DNA of 42,688 bases, taken from NCBI GenBank assembly GCA_018241475.1, contig JAFEDV010000468.1:1-42688 (forward strand). Reading direction: 5' to 3'. This DNA is from Pseudomonadota bacterium. GTDB taxonomy: Bacteria > Pseudomonadota > Alphaproteobacteria > Caulobacterales > Aquidulcibacteraceae. The position numbers were made by a program, and so were the translations under genes. Positions 10,299-19,263 of this stretch are shown here, piece by piece; positions within the stretch are counted from its first letter, which is position 1, and each line of letters begins with the position of its first letter. The notes beneath the pieces were generated by a model. It saw nothing but the letters and a program-made list of their open reading frames with translations, had not been told where the DNA came from and did not search any database.

Positions 10299-11884
10299 TG
10301 AGCGCGCATGTCGATACTTTCGTGCTCGACAACCTCTCGCCCCGCGAGATGTGGCCGGAGATGCGCTTCACGTTGCCGGAGCTTCAGTTTCCGGAGACTT
10401 ACAACGCCAGCTCAATTCTAGATCGCGCTATTGGGCAGAAGCTCGGCGCCAACAACGCCGTGCTCCTCGCATCGGAGGCGCTCACGTACGACATGCTTTT
10501 GGCCGAGGCGTCCCGCATCGCGCACGTCCTGACGCATGATTTCGGAGTGGTTCCTGGCAATCGGGTGCTGATCCATGCGTCCAACACACGGCTTTCGATC
10601 GCAGTTTGGTGGGGCGTGCTGCGCGCCGGCGGCGTCGCCGTCGGCGCCATGCCGATGCTGCGGCCGCCGGAACTCGCGGTTATCCTCAACAAGGCGCAGG
10701 TTTCGCACGCCATTGTCGACACCCATCGCGTCGCCGAACTCGAACGGGCGCGTGAAGACGCGCCGGTGCTGAAACGCATCTTACCCACTGACGAACTCGC
10801 TCAGCGCGTGGCGGCCGCGCCAAGCTCCTTTCCCGCCGTGGCCACGGCCGCTGATGATCCGGCGCTCATTGCCTTCACCTCCGGCACCACCGGCACGCCG
10901 AAGGGCTGCGTGCACTTCCATCGCGACATCGCGGCCATGGCGGAGACATTCTCCCGTCACGTGCTGCGGCCGAAGCCGGCCGATGTCTTCATCGGCACGC
11001 CGCCGCTGGCGTTCACGTTCGGACTTGGCGCCGGCGTCGTCTTTCCGGCCAGCGTCGGGGCGGCGACGGTGGTGTGTGAAAAGCCCGGCTTCGAGGTGCT
11101 CGCCGACAGCATCGAAAAGCACAGAGCTACGACGCTCTTCACCTCACCCACCGGCTATCGCGCGCTGATGCGGCATGACATGAGCAAGCTCGCATCTCTG
11201 CACACATGCGTCTCCGCCGGCGAGCATCTGCCGCGCGCAACATCCGACCAGTGGTTCGAACGCACCGGCATCCGCATCATCGACGGCATTGGCTCGACCG
11301 AGATGATCCACATCTTCGTCTCCGCGCGCGGCGACGATATTCGCCCCGGCGCCACCGGCAAAGCCGTACCCGGCTACGAAGCGACGCTCCTCGACGAGAA
11401 TGATCGGCCCTTCGATGGCGAAGGCGAAGGCCGTCTGGCCGTCAAGGGCCCGACCGGCTGCCGCTATCTGGCCGACGAGCGGCAGCGCAATTACGTGATC
11501 AACGGCTGGAACGTCACCGGCGACGTGTATCGTCGCGACGCCGACGGTTATCTCTGGTACGTCTCGCGCGCCGACGACCTGATCATTTCCTCCGGTTACA
11601 ACATCGCCGCCCCGGAAGTAGAGAACGCCCTGCTCACCCACGCGCTCGTGGCGGAAGCAGCTGTGGTGGCGTGGCCCGACGAAGAGCGAGGGAATATCGT
11701 CAAAGCGTTCGTAGTGCTGCGGCCCGACGCGGAAGCGAGCGAGGCCACCGTGCGCATGCTGCAGGATCACGTGAAGCTGACGATCGCGCCCTACAAATAC
11801 CCGCGCGTCATCGAATTCGTCGGCGAGCTGCCGAAGACCCACACCGGCAAGCTGCAACGCTTCAGACTGCGCGAGGGCGCGTGA
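10298..11884 (+). CDS. abmG: 2-aminobenzoate-CoA ligase (AMP-binding)
   Basis: ATG 10298 overlaps the upstream TGA; FTSGTTGTPKG, GIGSTE, TGD and PKTHTGKLQR motifs; operon context. Confidence 0.85.
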   Translation: MSAHVDTFVLDNLSPREMWPEMRFTLPELQFPETYNASSILDRAIGQKLGANNAVLLASEALTYDMLLAEASRIAHVLTHDFGVVPGNRVLIHASNTRLSIAVWWGVLRAGGVAVGAMPMLRPPELAVILNKAQVSHAIVDTHRVAELERAREDAPVLKRILPTDELAQRVAAAPSSFPAVATAADDPALIAFTSGTTGTPKGCVHFHRDIAAMAETFSRHVLRPKPADVFIGTPPLAFTFGLGAGVVFPASVGAATVVCEKPGFEVLADSIEKHRATTLFTSPTGYRALMRHDMSKLASLHTCVSAGEHLPRATSDQWFERTGIRIIDGIGSTEMIHIFVSARGDDIRPGATGKAVPGYEATLLDENDRPFDGEGEGRLAVKGPTGCRYLADERQRNYVINGWNVTGDVYRRDADGYLWYVSRADDLIISSGYNIAAPEVENALLTHALVAEAAVVAWPDEERGNIVKAFVVLRPDAEASEATVRMLQDHVKLTIAPYKYPRVIEFVGELPKTHTGKLQRFRLREGA

Positions 11885-12297
11885 ACACTCTTTCCCGCAA
11901 TATTGTCGTCCGCTTCGAGCATTGCGACGCCGCCGGCATCATGTTCTATCCGCGCTTCTTCGGATTGGTGAACGAAATGGTCGAGGACTGGTTCGCCGCC
12001 CTCGGTCACCCGTTCGCCGCCATGCATGTGGAGCAGCGCAAGGGGGTCCCGAGCGTGCGGCTGGAGGCGGAATTCGTCTCGCCCGCGCGCATGGGCGAAA
12101 CACTAAACCAGGTTCTGGGCGTGGAAGAACTCGGCCGCTCCTCCTGCGTGCTCAAGCACATCGCCTCCATCGGCGAGCGCATTGTCGCGCGCTTCGATCA
12201 AACCATCGTCTATGCCGATCTCGAGACCATGCGCGCGGAGCCGTGGCCAGACGAGCTGCGCGCCGCCATCGCGCGCTTCTCGGGAGTGAACTCATGA
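11881..12297 (+). CDS. Acyl-CoA thioesterase (4-hydroxybenzoyl-CoA thioesterase/hotdog family)
   Basis: GTG 11881; VRFEHCDAAGIMFYPRF motif. Confidence 0.88.
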   Translation: MNTLSRNIVVRFEHCDAAGIMFYPRFFGLVNEMVEDWFAALGHPFAAMHVEQRKGVPSVRLEAEFVSPARMGETLNQVLGVEELGRSSCVLKHIASIGERIVARFDQTIVYADLETMRAEPWPDELRAAIARFSGVNS

Positions 12298-12686
12298 GAA
12301 CCCTGCTCCCGCCTGGCTGGCCCCGTCCAAAGGGATATTCGAACGGCGTCGAAGCGGCGGGCCGGCTGGTGTTCGTCGCGGGCCAGATCGGCTGGACCCC
12401 GGAACAAAGATTCGAGGCATCAAGCTTCGCCGGCCAGTTCTCGCAAGCACTCGACAATACCTTGGCGGTTCTGCGCGAAGCCGGCGCCGCTCCCGAACAC
12501 GTCGCGCGCATGACCTGGTACATCACCGACAAGCGCGCCTATCTCGCGGCGCTGTCTGAAATCGGCGCCATCTGGCGCGAAAGGATGGGCAAGCATTATC
12601 CAGCGATGGCGGTGGTCGAGGTAAAGGCGCTGATCGAGGATGCGGCGCTCATCGAAATAGAGACAACGGCGGTCGTGCCGCGCTAA
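12294..12686 (+). CDS. RidA/YjgF family protein
   Basis: PKGYSNGV, FVAGQIG, YPAMAVVEV, IEIETTA. Confidence 0.9.
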   Translation: MRTLLPPGWPRPKGYSNGVEAAGRLVFVAGQIGWTPEQRFEASSFAGQFSQALDNTLAVLREAGAAPEHVARMTWYITDKRAYLAALSEIGAIWRERMGKHYPAMAVVEVKALIEDAALIEIETTAVVPR

Positions 12687-12707
12687 GCTGCGGCCAGGAG
12701 TTCTTCG

Positions 12708-12992
12708 ATGGCCGATCATAGCTTGTTCGTGTTCGTGCGCGTGCAGGGCGCCACGCCCGAGACCGTGGGCAACGCGCTCAAGGACGGCAGCGACAAGATC
12801 CTCGACATCTACTCGATCATGGGCGAGTGGGATTTGCTCGTCCGCATCGAGCATCCCGATCTGAACGAGATTCAGCGCGTCGTCGCCGAGGCCATTCGCG
12901 CCAATCCCAACGTGGCGCAGACCTATACCGTGCTCGGCTATCAGATTTATGGCTCGAAATGGCCGGGCTTCGACTATCCCGATACCGAATGA
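12708..12992 (+). CDS. Stand-alone Lrp/AsnC ligand-binding (RAM) domain protein
   Basis: 94 aa, RBS AGGAG; YSIMGEWDLLVRI motif; no HTH. Confidence 0.8.
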   Translation: MADHSLFVFVRVQGATPETVGNALKDGSDKILDIYSIMGEWDLLVRIEHPDLNEIQRVVAEAIRANPNVAQTYTVLGYQIYGSKWPGFDYPDTE

Positions 12993-13777
12993 CGCTGGAT
13001 CTCGAACGCGAATACAACAACCGCGCCCGCGTGCCGGAAAATCCCGGCATCATCGCAGGCTGGGCGAGCGACTCAGCCGCCTATCGCGAGACCAAACCGC
13101 CGCGGGTAGTACGCTACGGCGAGGGTGAACGACACACGTTCGACCTGTTCCATGCCGGCGAAGGCCCGGCGGTGATGTACATCCACGGCGGCTACTGGCA
13201 GGCGGTCGACAAGAGCTTCCATTCGATTCATGCCCGGGGACTGAACGCGCGCGGCGTGAGCGTGGCGGTGCCGAGCTACGATCTCTGCCCCAAGGTGCGC
13301 ATCGGCGACATCGTCGAAAACATCCGCGCCGCGGTGCAGACGCTGGCGCGCGAAAGCGGGCGCGATGTCATTGTCAGCGGCCATTCGGCCGGGGGACATC
13401 TCGCCGCGTGCATGCTCGCAACCGAGGCGGTTGTGCCTGCCGCCTACGCGATCTCCGGCCTGTTCGAACTGGCGCCGCTCATTCCAACGACGATCAACGC
13501 CGCGCTGAGCCTGGACGAAGCGGAAGCGGAGGCGTTGAGTCCCCTGCTCTGGCCGGCGCCGGAAGGAAAAGCTTTCGACGCCGCGGTCGGCGGCGTCGAG
13601 AGCGGCGAATTCCTGCGTCAGAGCGCGGCGATCGTGCGCGCTTGGGGCGAGCAGGGCGTCGCGACTCGTTACGAGGAAATCGACGGCGCCAACCACTTTA
13701 CCGTCATTGCGCCGCTGACCGATCCGGACTCGGCCATGGTCGAGCGCATTGCACAGCTCGCGCGCGCGCAGCGCTAG
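12989..13777 (+). CDS. Alpha/beta hydrolase, arylformamidase (kynurenine formamidase)-like
   Basis: EYNNRARVP, HGGYWQ, GHSAG, NHF; ATGA overlap with the Lrp gene. Confidence 0.8.
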   Translation: MTLDLEREYNNRARVPENPGIIAGWASDSAAYRETKPPRVVRYGEGERHTFDLFHAGEGPAVMYIHGGYWQAVDKSFHSIHARGLNARGVSVAVPSYDLCPKVRIGDIVENIRAAVQTLARESGRDVIVSGHSAGGHLAACMLATEAVVPAAYAISGLFELAPLIPTTINAALSLDEAEAEALSPLLWPAPEGKAFDAAVGGVESGEFLRQSAAIVRAWGEQGVATRYEEIDGANHFTVIAPLTDPDSAMVERIAQLARAQR

Positions 13778-15369
13778 GTCTTGGGTGCAGCGCCCAGCTG
13801 CGCCTTCAGGCCCGCGAGCATCCGTTCGCGCGCCGCATCGTCCGGCGCCGCCATGAGCCGCTGTGTGAGTGTGTTCAGAAAATCGACGCGAGCATTGTGC
13901 CAGTCGAGCTTGGCCGGGGTTTCCGGCGCAAGCCGGGGAGACGGTGCGGCTTCGGCAACCACCTTGACGCCATCGAGCCGATAGGCCTGATCGAGCTGCG
14001 GCGCGAAGACATCCCCGCCGGCAGCCTTTGCCGCACGCAGGCGCGCTTGCACGTCGTCGCGGCTTTGCGGCTCGCCGTGGGTGAGGAAAATGCTTCCCGC
14101 AATCGGGCTTCGCGCCTGCGCCCATTTCACCAGGGTCTTCGCGTCGGCATGGCCGGAATAGATGTCGAGGGCGCGAATCTGCGCGGCGACCTTGATGTGC
14201 TCGCCTTGGATGCGCACGTCCTTCACGCCGTCCCGCAATAGGCGGCCGAGCGTGCCGACCGCCTGATAGCCGACCAGCATCACCGTCGCCTGCGGTTGCC
14301 ACAACAGGCGCTGCAAGTGGTGGCGCACGCGGCCCGCGTCGCACATGCCGCTGGCGGAGAGGATCACATGCCAGCCCTTCACGCGCTCGATGGCTTTGCT
14401 TTCGCTGGCGGCTTCCGTGAACTTCAGCCAGCCCGATTCGCGCAAGTGTGCGAAGGGATTGTCGCCCCGTTGATCTTTGCCGTAGCGCAGATAGGAATCC
14501 ATCACGCTCACCGCGAGCGGCGAATCCACAAAGATCGGCCCTCGCGGGGCGGCCCCCGATTCCATCGCCTGCAACAGATCGATGATCAATTCCTGCGTCC
14601 GCTCGACCGCGAACGCCGGGATGAGTAGCGGCCCGCCAGCGGCATGCGCCTTCAGCAGTTCATCGGTCAGCATGGCTTGCCGATCGGCGATCGACAGCAC
14701 CGGCCGATCGGCGCCGCCATAGGTGCTCTCCAACACAAGATGGTCGAGACCGGCAGGGCCTTCTGGGTCGGGAATGAATTCGCTGCCGCCGGGACCGACG
14801 TCGCCCGAGAACAGGATGTGCTCGCTTGCGCCACCCGCATCCTTGGCTTCGACTTCGATCGAGGCGGAGCCGAGGATATGACCGGCGTTCCACCAGCGCG
14901 CGCGCAAGCCGGGCAGGATCTGCGCCCATTCATCGAACCCCACATGGCGGAAGAGCGCCTGACAGGCTGCAGCGTCGGAGCGGGTGTAGATCGGCTCTAT
15001 GGGCGCGCCGCCGCGCTGCCGATTGCGGCGATTGAGCTGCTCGACTTCCATCTCCTGAATGCCCCCGGCGTCGGCGAGCAGCGCCCCGCACAATTCGACG
15101 GTGCTCGGCGTGGCGTAGATCGGCCCCTTGAAACCGGCGCGCATCAACTTCGGCAACAGGCCGCTATGATCGATGTGTGCGTGCGTCAGCAGCACTGCAT
15201 CGATCTTGGGCGCCTCGAACGGGAAAGGCCGGTAGTTGAGTTCCTTGAGCGTCTTCGAGCCCTGGAACATGCCGCAATCGATCAGCACCTGCGCTTGATC
15301 GACTTCGAGCAGCATGCACGATCCGGTGACGCACCCCGCCGCGCCGAAGAAATGAAGCTTGATGGTCAT
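13774..15369 (-). CDS. Beta-CASP metallo-beta-lactamase fold ribonuclease
   Basis: VTGS, DCGMFQG, THAHIDH, GHILGS, ESTYG, SGHAD. Confidence 0.9.
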   Translation of the reverse strand: MTIKLHFFGAAGCVTGSCMLLEVDQAQVLIDCGMFQGSKTLKELNYRPFPFEAPKIDAVLLTHAHIDHSGLLPKLMRAGFKGPIYATPSTVELCGALLADAGGIQEMEVEQLNRRNRQRGGAPIEPIYTRSDAAACQALFRHVGFDEWAQILPGLRARWWNAGHILGSASIEVEAKDAGGASEHILFSGDVGPGGSEFIPDPEGPAGLDHLVLESTYGGADRPVLSIADRQAMLTDELLKAHAAGGPLLIPAFAVERTQELIIDLLQAMESGAAPRGPIFVDSPLAVSVMDSYLRYGKDQRGDNPFAHLRESGWLKFTEAASESKAIERVKGWHVILSASGMCDAGRVRHHLQRLLWQPQATVMLVGYQAVGTLGRLLRDGVKDVRIQGEHIKVAAQIRALDIYSGHADAKTLVKWAQARSPIAGSIFLTHGEPQSRDDVQARLRAAKAAGGDVFAPQLDQAYRLDGVKVVAEAAPSPRLAPETPAKLDWHNARVDFLNTLTQRLMAAPDDAARERMLAGLKAQLGAAPKT

Positions 15370-15399
15370 GGGCGCGGCCTCGCTGGCATTGCTGCGCGA

Positions 15400-15427
15400 T
15401 GTTTAGGCTTCCGCGCGCTGAGGTCAA
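15400..15427 (-). promoter_or_regulatory. Possible sigma70 promoter for the beta-CASP gene, overlapping the feoB stop codon
   Basis: Minus strand TTGACC-16 bp-TAAACA. Confidence 0.4.
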
Positions 15428-17247
15428 AGCCCTGCGGCGCGTGCAATCCAATACGTCGCGCCCGAGGCGATGTAGGCGAGGCCGAACAGATACAGCACCG
15501 TGAACCAGAGCCACTTCCAGGAATTGGTTTCGCGGCGCAGCACCGCAAGGCTCGCAACGCATTGAGGCGCATAGACGTACCAGGCCAGGAACGCGAGCGC
15601 TGTCGGCAACGACCAGGCATGCTGCAGCACCTGCGCGAGGCTGGATTCGTTGTTGCCCTGCACGGCGTAGACGGTGCCGAGCGCGCCAACGGCGACCTCG
15701 CGCGCCGCCATGCCCGGCACGAGCGCGATGGCGATCTGCAAGTTGAAGCCGATCGGCCGCAACAGCACGTCCAAGACCGAGCCAATGCGGCCTGCGAACG
15801 ATCCGGCGATGCCTTGGTCGGTGACCGGGAAGGACGCGAGGAACCAAAGCGCCACCGACACCGTGAAGATCACCGTCCCTGCGCGTTTGAGGAACGCCCA
15901 GGCGCGAAAGAACAAATTGAGCAGGAAGTCCTTCAGGTCCGGCAGTTTGTAGGTCGGCAGCTGCATCAACAGCGGCTGGGCGGCGCCCTTCGTCACCGTG
16001 CGCTTCAGGAAGTATGCGACCGCGACTGCGCTCAACACGCCGGTGAGATAGAGCGCGAACATCACCACGCCCTGCAGGCCGAATGGGCCGACCATCGTAT
16101 TGGGGATGAAGGCCGCGATGATCAAAGTGTAAACTGGAATGCGCGCCGAGCAGGTCATCAGCGGCGCGACCAGTATCGTGGTCAGCCGATCGCGCTCGTT
16201 TTCAATGGTTCGCGCCGCCATCATGCCGGGAATGGCGCAGGCGAAGCTCGAGAGCAGCGGGATGAAGGCGCGACCGTTCAGCCCCACCCGCAGCATCAAT
16301 TCGTCCATCAGGAACGCGGCGCGCGCCATATAGCCGGAGGCCTCCAGCGCGAGAATCAGCGCGAAAAGAATGACGATCTGCGGCAGGAACACGATGACGC
16401 TGCCAACGCCTGCAATGACCCCGTCGGTCAGCAGGTCGCGCCACCAGGCCTGCGGCAGCTCGGATTTGATCCATGTCGAGAGCGCCGTGACGCCGTCATC
16501 GATGGCGTTCATCGGCGCTTGCGCCCAGGCAAACACCGCCTGGAACATCAAGAACAGGATTGCCGCTAGGATGATCGGGCCAGCGACCCTGTTGAGCACG
16601 ACGCGATCGATGGCGCGCGTCAGCCGATTCATCACTGGTTCGGCCAGGATCGCCGCCTTGGCGATCTCGCGCGCTTCACGCTGAAACGTGGTGATGTTGT
16701 CGACCTTGCCGGTCTTGTGCGGGCGCTTCCACTCGCCCCTGCTCGCGAGATCGTCGATGCGCGCCAAAAGCTCGGCGCGGCCATTGCTGCGCGTGGCGCG
16801 GGTGCGCACGACCGGCACGCCGAGCAGCGTCTCGAGCTTCTTCTCATCGATCCGCACGCCATCGCGCTCGGCGAGATCGATCATGTTGAGGGCGACGATC
16901 ATCGGCCGCCCAAGCGCGCGGACCTGCAGGACGAATTGCAGATGCGTGCGCAGGTCGGAAGAATCGACCAGCACCAACAGGCCGTCAGGGGGCGCCACTT
17001 CGCTGGCGCCGACAATGGAGTCCACCGCGATCTTTTCGTCGAGCGAGCGGCCGGAGAGTCCGTAGATGCCAGGCAGGTCGATCAGGTCGATGGCTTGCCC
17101 GCCCGGCGTCTGAAAGCGGCCGATGCGGCGTTCCACGGTGACGCCGGCATAGTTCGCGACCTTGGCGCGCCCGCCGGTCAGGCCGTTGAAGAGCGTCGAC
17201 TTCCCGCAATTGGGCGCTCCGACCAGCGCCAGGCGAAGCTCAGTCAT
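15424..17247 (-). CDS. feoB: Ferrous iron transporter B
   Basis: G1 GAPNCGKS, G2 VTVER, G3 DLPG, G4 NMID; ASGYMARAAF, FACAIPG, CSAR, AREV. Confidence 0.95.
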   Translation of the reverse strand: MTELRLALVGAPNCGKSTLFNGLTGGRAKVANYAGVTVERRIGRFQTPGGQAIDLIDLPGIYGLSGRSLDEKIAVDSIVGASEVAPPDGLLVLVDSSDLRTHLQFVLQVRALGRPMIVALNMIDLAERDGVRIDEKKLETLLGVPVVRTRATRSNGRAELLARIDDLASRGEWKRPHKTGKVDNITTFQREAREIAKAAILAEPVMNRLTRAIDRVVLNRVAGPIILAAILFLMFQAVFAWAQAPMNAIDDGVTALSTWIKSELPQAWWRDLLTDGVIAGVGSVIVFLPQIVILFALILALEASGYMARAAFLMDELMLRVGLNGRAFIPLLSSFACAIPGMMAARTIENERDRLTTILVAPLMTCSARIPVYTLIIAAFIPNTMVGPFGLQGVVMFALYLTGVLSAVAVAYFLKRTVTKGAAQPLLMQLPTYKLPDLKDFLLNLFFRAWAFLKRAGTVIFTVSVALWFLASFPVTDQGIAGSFAGRIGSVLDVLLRPIGFNLQIAIALVPGMAAREVAVGALGTVYAVQGNNESSLAQVLQHAWSLPTALAFLAWYVYAPQCVASLAVLRRETNSWKWLWFTVLYLFGLAYIASGATYWIARAAGL

Positions 17248-17467
17248 GCGCGATCTTGACCGCGGCCGCTTCGCTGCCGCGAAGCGCGATGAGCGTGCGG
17301 TTGAGGCGCACCGCCAGCGGCTGTCCGAACGGCCCGCGGGTGATCATCTCCACCTCGTCGCCCTCGGAAAAGCCGATCTCCCGCAGCTTGGTCGCCAAAT
17401 CCTGGTCGGCAGTGGCGATGCCGAGCACCCGCCCCTTTTGGCCCTTGCGCAATGTCGAGAGGGTCAT
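17240..17467 (-). CDS. feoA: Ferrous iron transport protein A
   Basis: ATG 17467; KLREIGF, GPFGQP, IALRGSEA; directly upstream of feoB. Confidence 0.92.
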   Translation of the reverse strand: MTLSTLRKGQKGRVLGIATADQDLATKLREIGFSEGDEVEMITRGPFGQPLAVRLNRTLIALRGSEAAAVKIAHD

Positions 17468-17490
17468 TGCCCGACGGTTCCTGGCGCTTA

Positions 17491-17509
17491 GTTGCGAATG
17501 ATTATAAAC
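17491..17509. promoter_or_regulatory. Putative Fur-type iron-responsive operator
   Basis: GTTGCGAATGATTATAAAC, an imperfect 9-1-9 AT-rich repeat about 25 bp upstream of feoA; contains TATAAT on the minus strand. Confidence 0.6.
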
Positions 17510-17585
17510 AACACTAACCCGGGTTCCCGTCAAGCGCCTTGCGCGGGCGCAAAAGGACGCGGGCGATCGCCGGCTCCGGCCGCGC

Positions 17586-17615
17586 TTGCGCCACGCGGGG
17601 CGGCGCGGCTATAGG
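17586..17615 (+). promoter_or_regulatory. Probable tRNA promoter
   Basis: TTGCGC(17586)...GCTATAGG, about 30 bp before the tRNA. Confidence 0.45.
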
Positions 17616-17646
17616 CGTCCACCCACGATCATCCGCACTTGGAATG

Positions 17647-17721
<75 letters not shown>

Positions 17722-17811
17722 TTGCCATTCTTGTTCCGCACCTCGAAGCAAGAGCCGCGCACATTTTCGCATGGTCCTTTCGGCAGGTGTCCGATCGGAT
17801 TCGATAAAAGC

Positions 17812-18174
17812 TCAAGCCGCCGCGATGACGCGTTCGATTTCGACCACCAGGTCCTTCAGGTGGAACGGCTTCGACAGCACCTTGGCGTCCTTGGGCGCCT
17901 GGCTCTGCGCCGAGAGCGCCACCGCCGCGAAACCGGTGATGAAGACGATCTTCATGGCCGGATCGGCTTCGGCGCCGCGCCGCGCGAGCTCGATGCCATC
18001 CAAGCCGGGCATGACGATGTCGGTCAGCAGCAAGTCGTAGGAGCCGTGCTCGAGCGCTTCCCAGGCGGAGTCGCCGTCGCCATAGCCGGCGACATCGTGA
18101 CCGGCGCGCTTCAGGCTCGTCACCAGGAAGGTTCTGAGCGAATCATCGTCTTCTGCCAACAGGATCCGCGCCAT
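17812..18174 (-). CDS. cpdR: Single-domain response regulator CpdR
   Basis: MARILLAEDDDSLR...LLLTDIVMP...ITGFAAVAL...KVLSKPFHLKDLV; typical position next to tRNA-Val and the FG amidohydrolase. Confidence 0.92.
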   Translation of the reverse strand: MARILLAEDDDSLRTFLVTSLKRAGHDVAGYGDGDSAWEALEHGSYDLLLTDIVMPGLDGIELARRGAEADPAMKIVFITGFAAVALSAQSQAPKDAKVLSKPFHLKDLVVEIERVIAAA

Positions 18175-18314
18175 GCGCCGCTCCGGGGGATTCGCCCCCA
18201 TTTGAAGCGGTACCCTCTAGCATGATGCGGGTAAAGGGCGGCTGAACCGTGGCGCGCAGACGGTAACGATTGAGCAATATTGACGCCTCCGGCGGGCCAG
18301 CGAACAATGCCGTC

Positions 18315-19217
18315 ATGGACGGTTCGGACTATGGACACGCCGCGAGCGCGCTGAATGTGCCGGAAACGGTGTGCGACCGCTGTGTCGAGCCGCCCTTCGT
18401 CCTGATCGAGCCGTTGCGGCGGACAGCGCCGCTCATCTTCTCTTCGCCCCATAGCGGCCGGCGCTACCCTGCCGATCTGCTGGCGCAGACGCGCGTCGGC
18501 TTGCTGAGCTTGCGGCGCTCGGAGGATGCGTATGTCGACGAATTGTTTGCAAGCGCCGCCGCGCATGGAGCCGCTGTGCTTTCCGCTTCGGTCGCGCGGG
18601 CCTATGTCGATCTGAACCGCGATCCGGGCGAACTCGACCCGGACATGTTCGAGGACGGCATGCCGAAAGTGGCGGCGTCGGCGCGCGTGCAGGCAGGATT
18701 GGGCGCCATCCCGCGCATCAGTGGCGACGGGCAAGCGCTCTATCGGCGCAAGCTCAGCCTTGTGGAAGCCGAGCAGCGCATTGCCGAGGTGCATCGGCCC
18801 TATCATGCAATGCTCGCCAATCTGGTCGCCGAGACGAAAACGCAGTTCGGCTGCGCCGTGCTGGTCGACTGCCACTCGATGCCGTCGAGCGCGCGTGGCG
18901 CGCAGGCCCCGGACATCGTGCTCGGCGATCGCTTCGGCGCCTCGTGCCATGCGTCGGTGACGACGCTCGTCGAGGCGACGCTGCGCCGCCTGGGCTATCG
19001 CGTGGCGCGCAACACGCCATTCGCCGGCGGCCACACGACGCAAAGCTATGGCCGCCCCTCCGCGCACATGCATGCGCTCCAGATCGAGATCAACCGCGCG
19101 CTCTACGTGGACGAACGCACGCTGGAACGCACGAACGGCTACGCGCGCGTGCGTGCGGACATGGGGCGCTTGGCCGAAACGCTGAGCGCCGCCGCCCTGC
19201 ACAAATCGCTGGCGTAG
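18315..19217 (+). CDS. N-formylglutamate amidohydrolase family protein
   Basis: SPHSG, EDAYVD, DLNR, DCHSMPS, QIEINR; start codon uncertain. Confidence 0.88.
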   Translation: MDGSDYGHAASALNVPETVCDRCVEPPFVLIEPLRRTAPLIFSSPHSGRRYPADLLAQTRVGLLSLRRSEDAYVDELFASAAAHGAAVLSASVARAYVDLNRDPGELDPDMFEDGMPKVAASARVQAGLGAIPRISGDGQALYRRKLSLVEAEQRIAEVHRPYHAMLANLVAETKTQFGCAVLVDCHSMPSSARGAQAPDIVLGDRFGASCHASVTTLVEATLRRLGYRVARNTPFAGGHTTQSYGRPSAHMHALQIEINRALYVDERTLERTNGYARVRADMGRLAETLSAAALHKSLA

Positions 19218-19237
19218 CTCACCTTGGCGTAGCTCAC
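19210..19237 (+). repeat. 13-bp direct repeat TGGCGTAGCTCAC x2 spanning the amidohydrolase stop codon
   Basis: Identical copies at 19210-19222 and 19225-19237. Confidence 0.8.
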
Positions 19238-19263
19238 AGCGGCATCGCTCCCTCTGGCATAGA

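Noticed and set aside
14644-16569. Long antisense/alternate-frame ORFs (e.g. 641 aa here, 3085-4533, 23589-24563, 18120-19559, 40832-42013)
   Set aside because: They are shadows of well-supported genes in GC-rich DNA, Arg/Ala-rich and without family motifs
15424-17467. Short FeoB and absence of feoC as an anomaly
   Set aside because: feoAB without feoC is the ordinary arrangement outside gammaproteobacteria
18315-19217. N-formylglutamate amidohydrolase as part of the hut operon
   Set aside because: It lies 6 kb away in its usual cpdR-linked position; no hutF is present, and the arginase-type HutG makes it unnecessary
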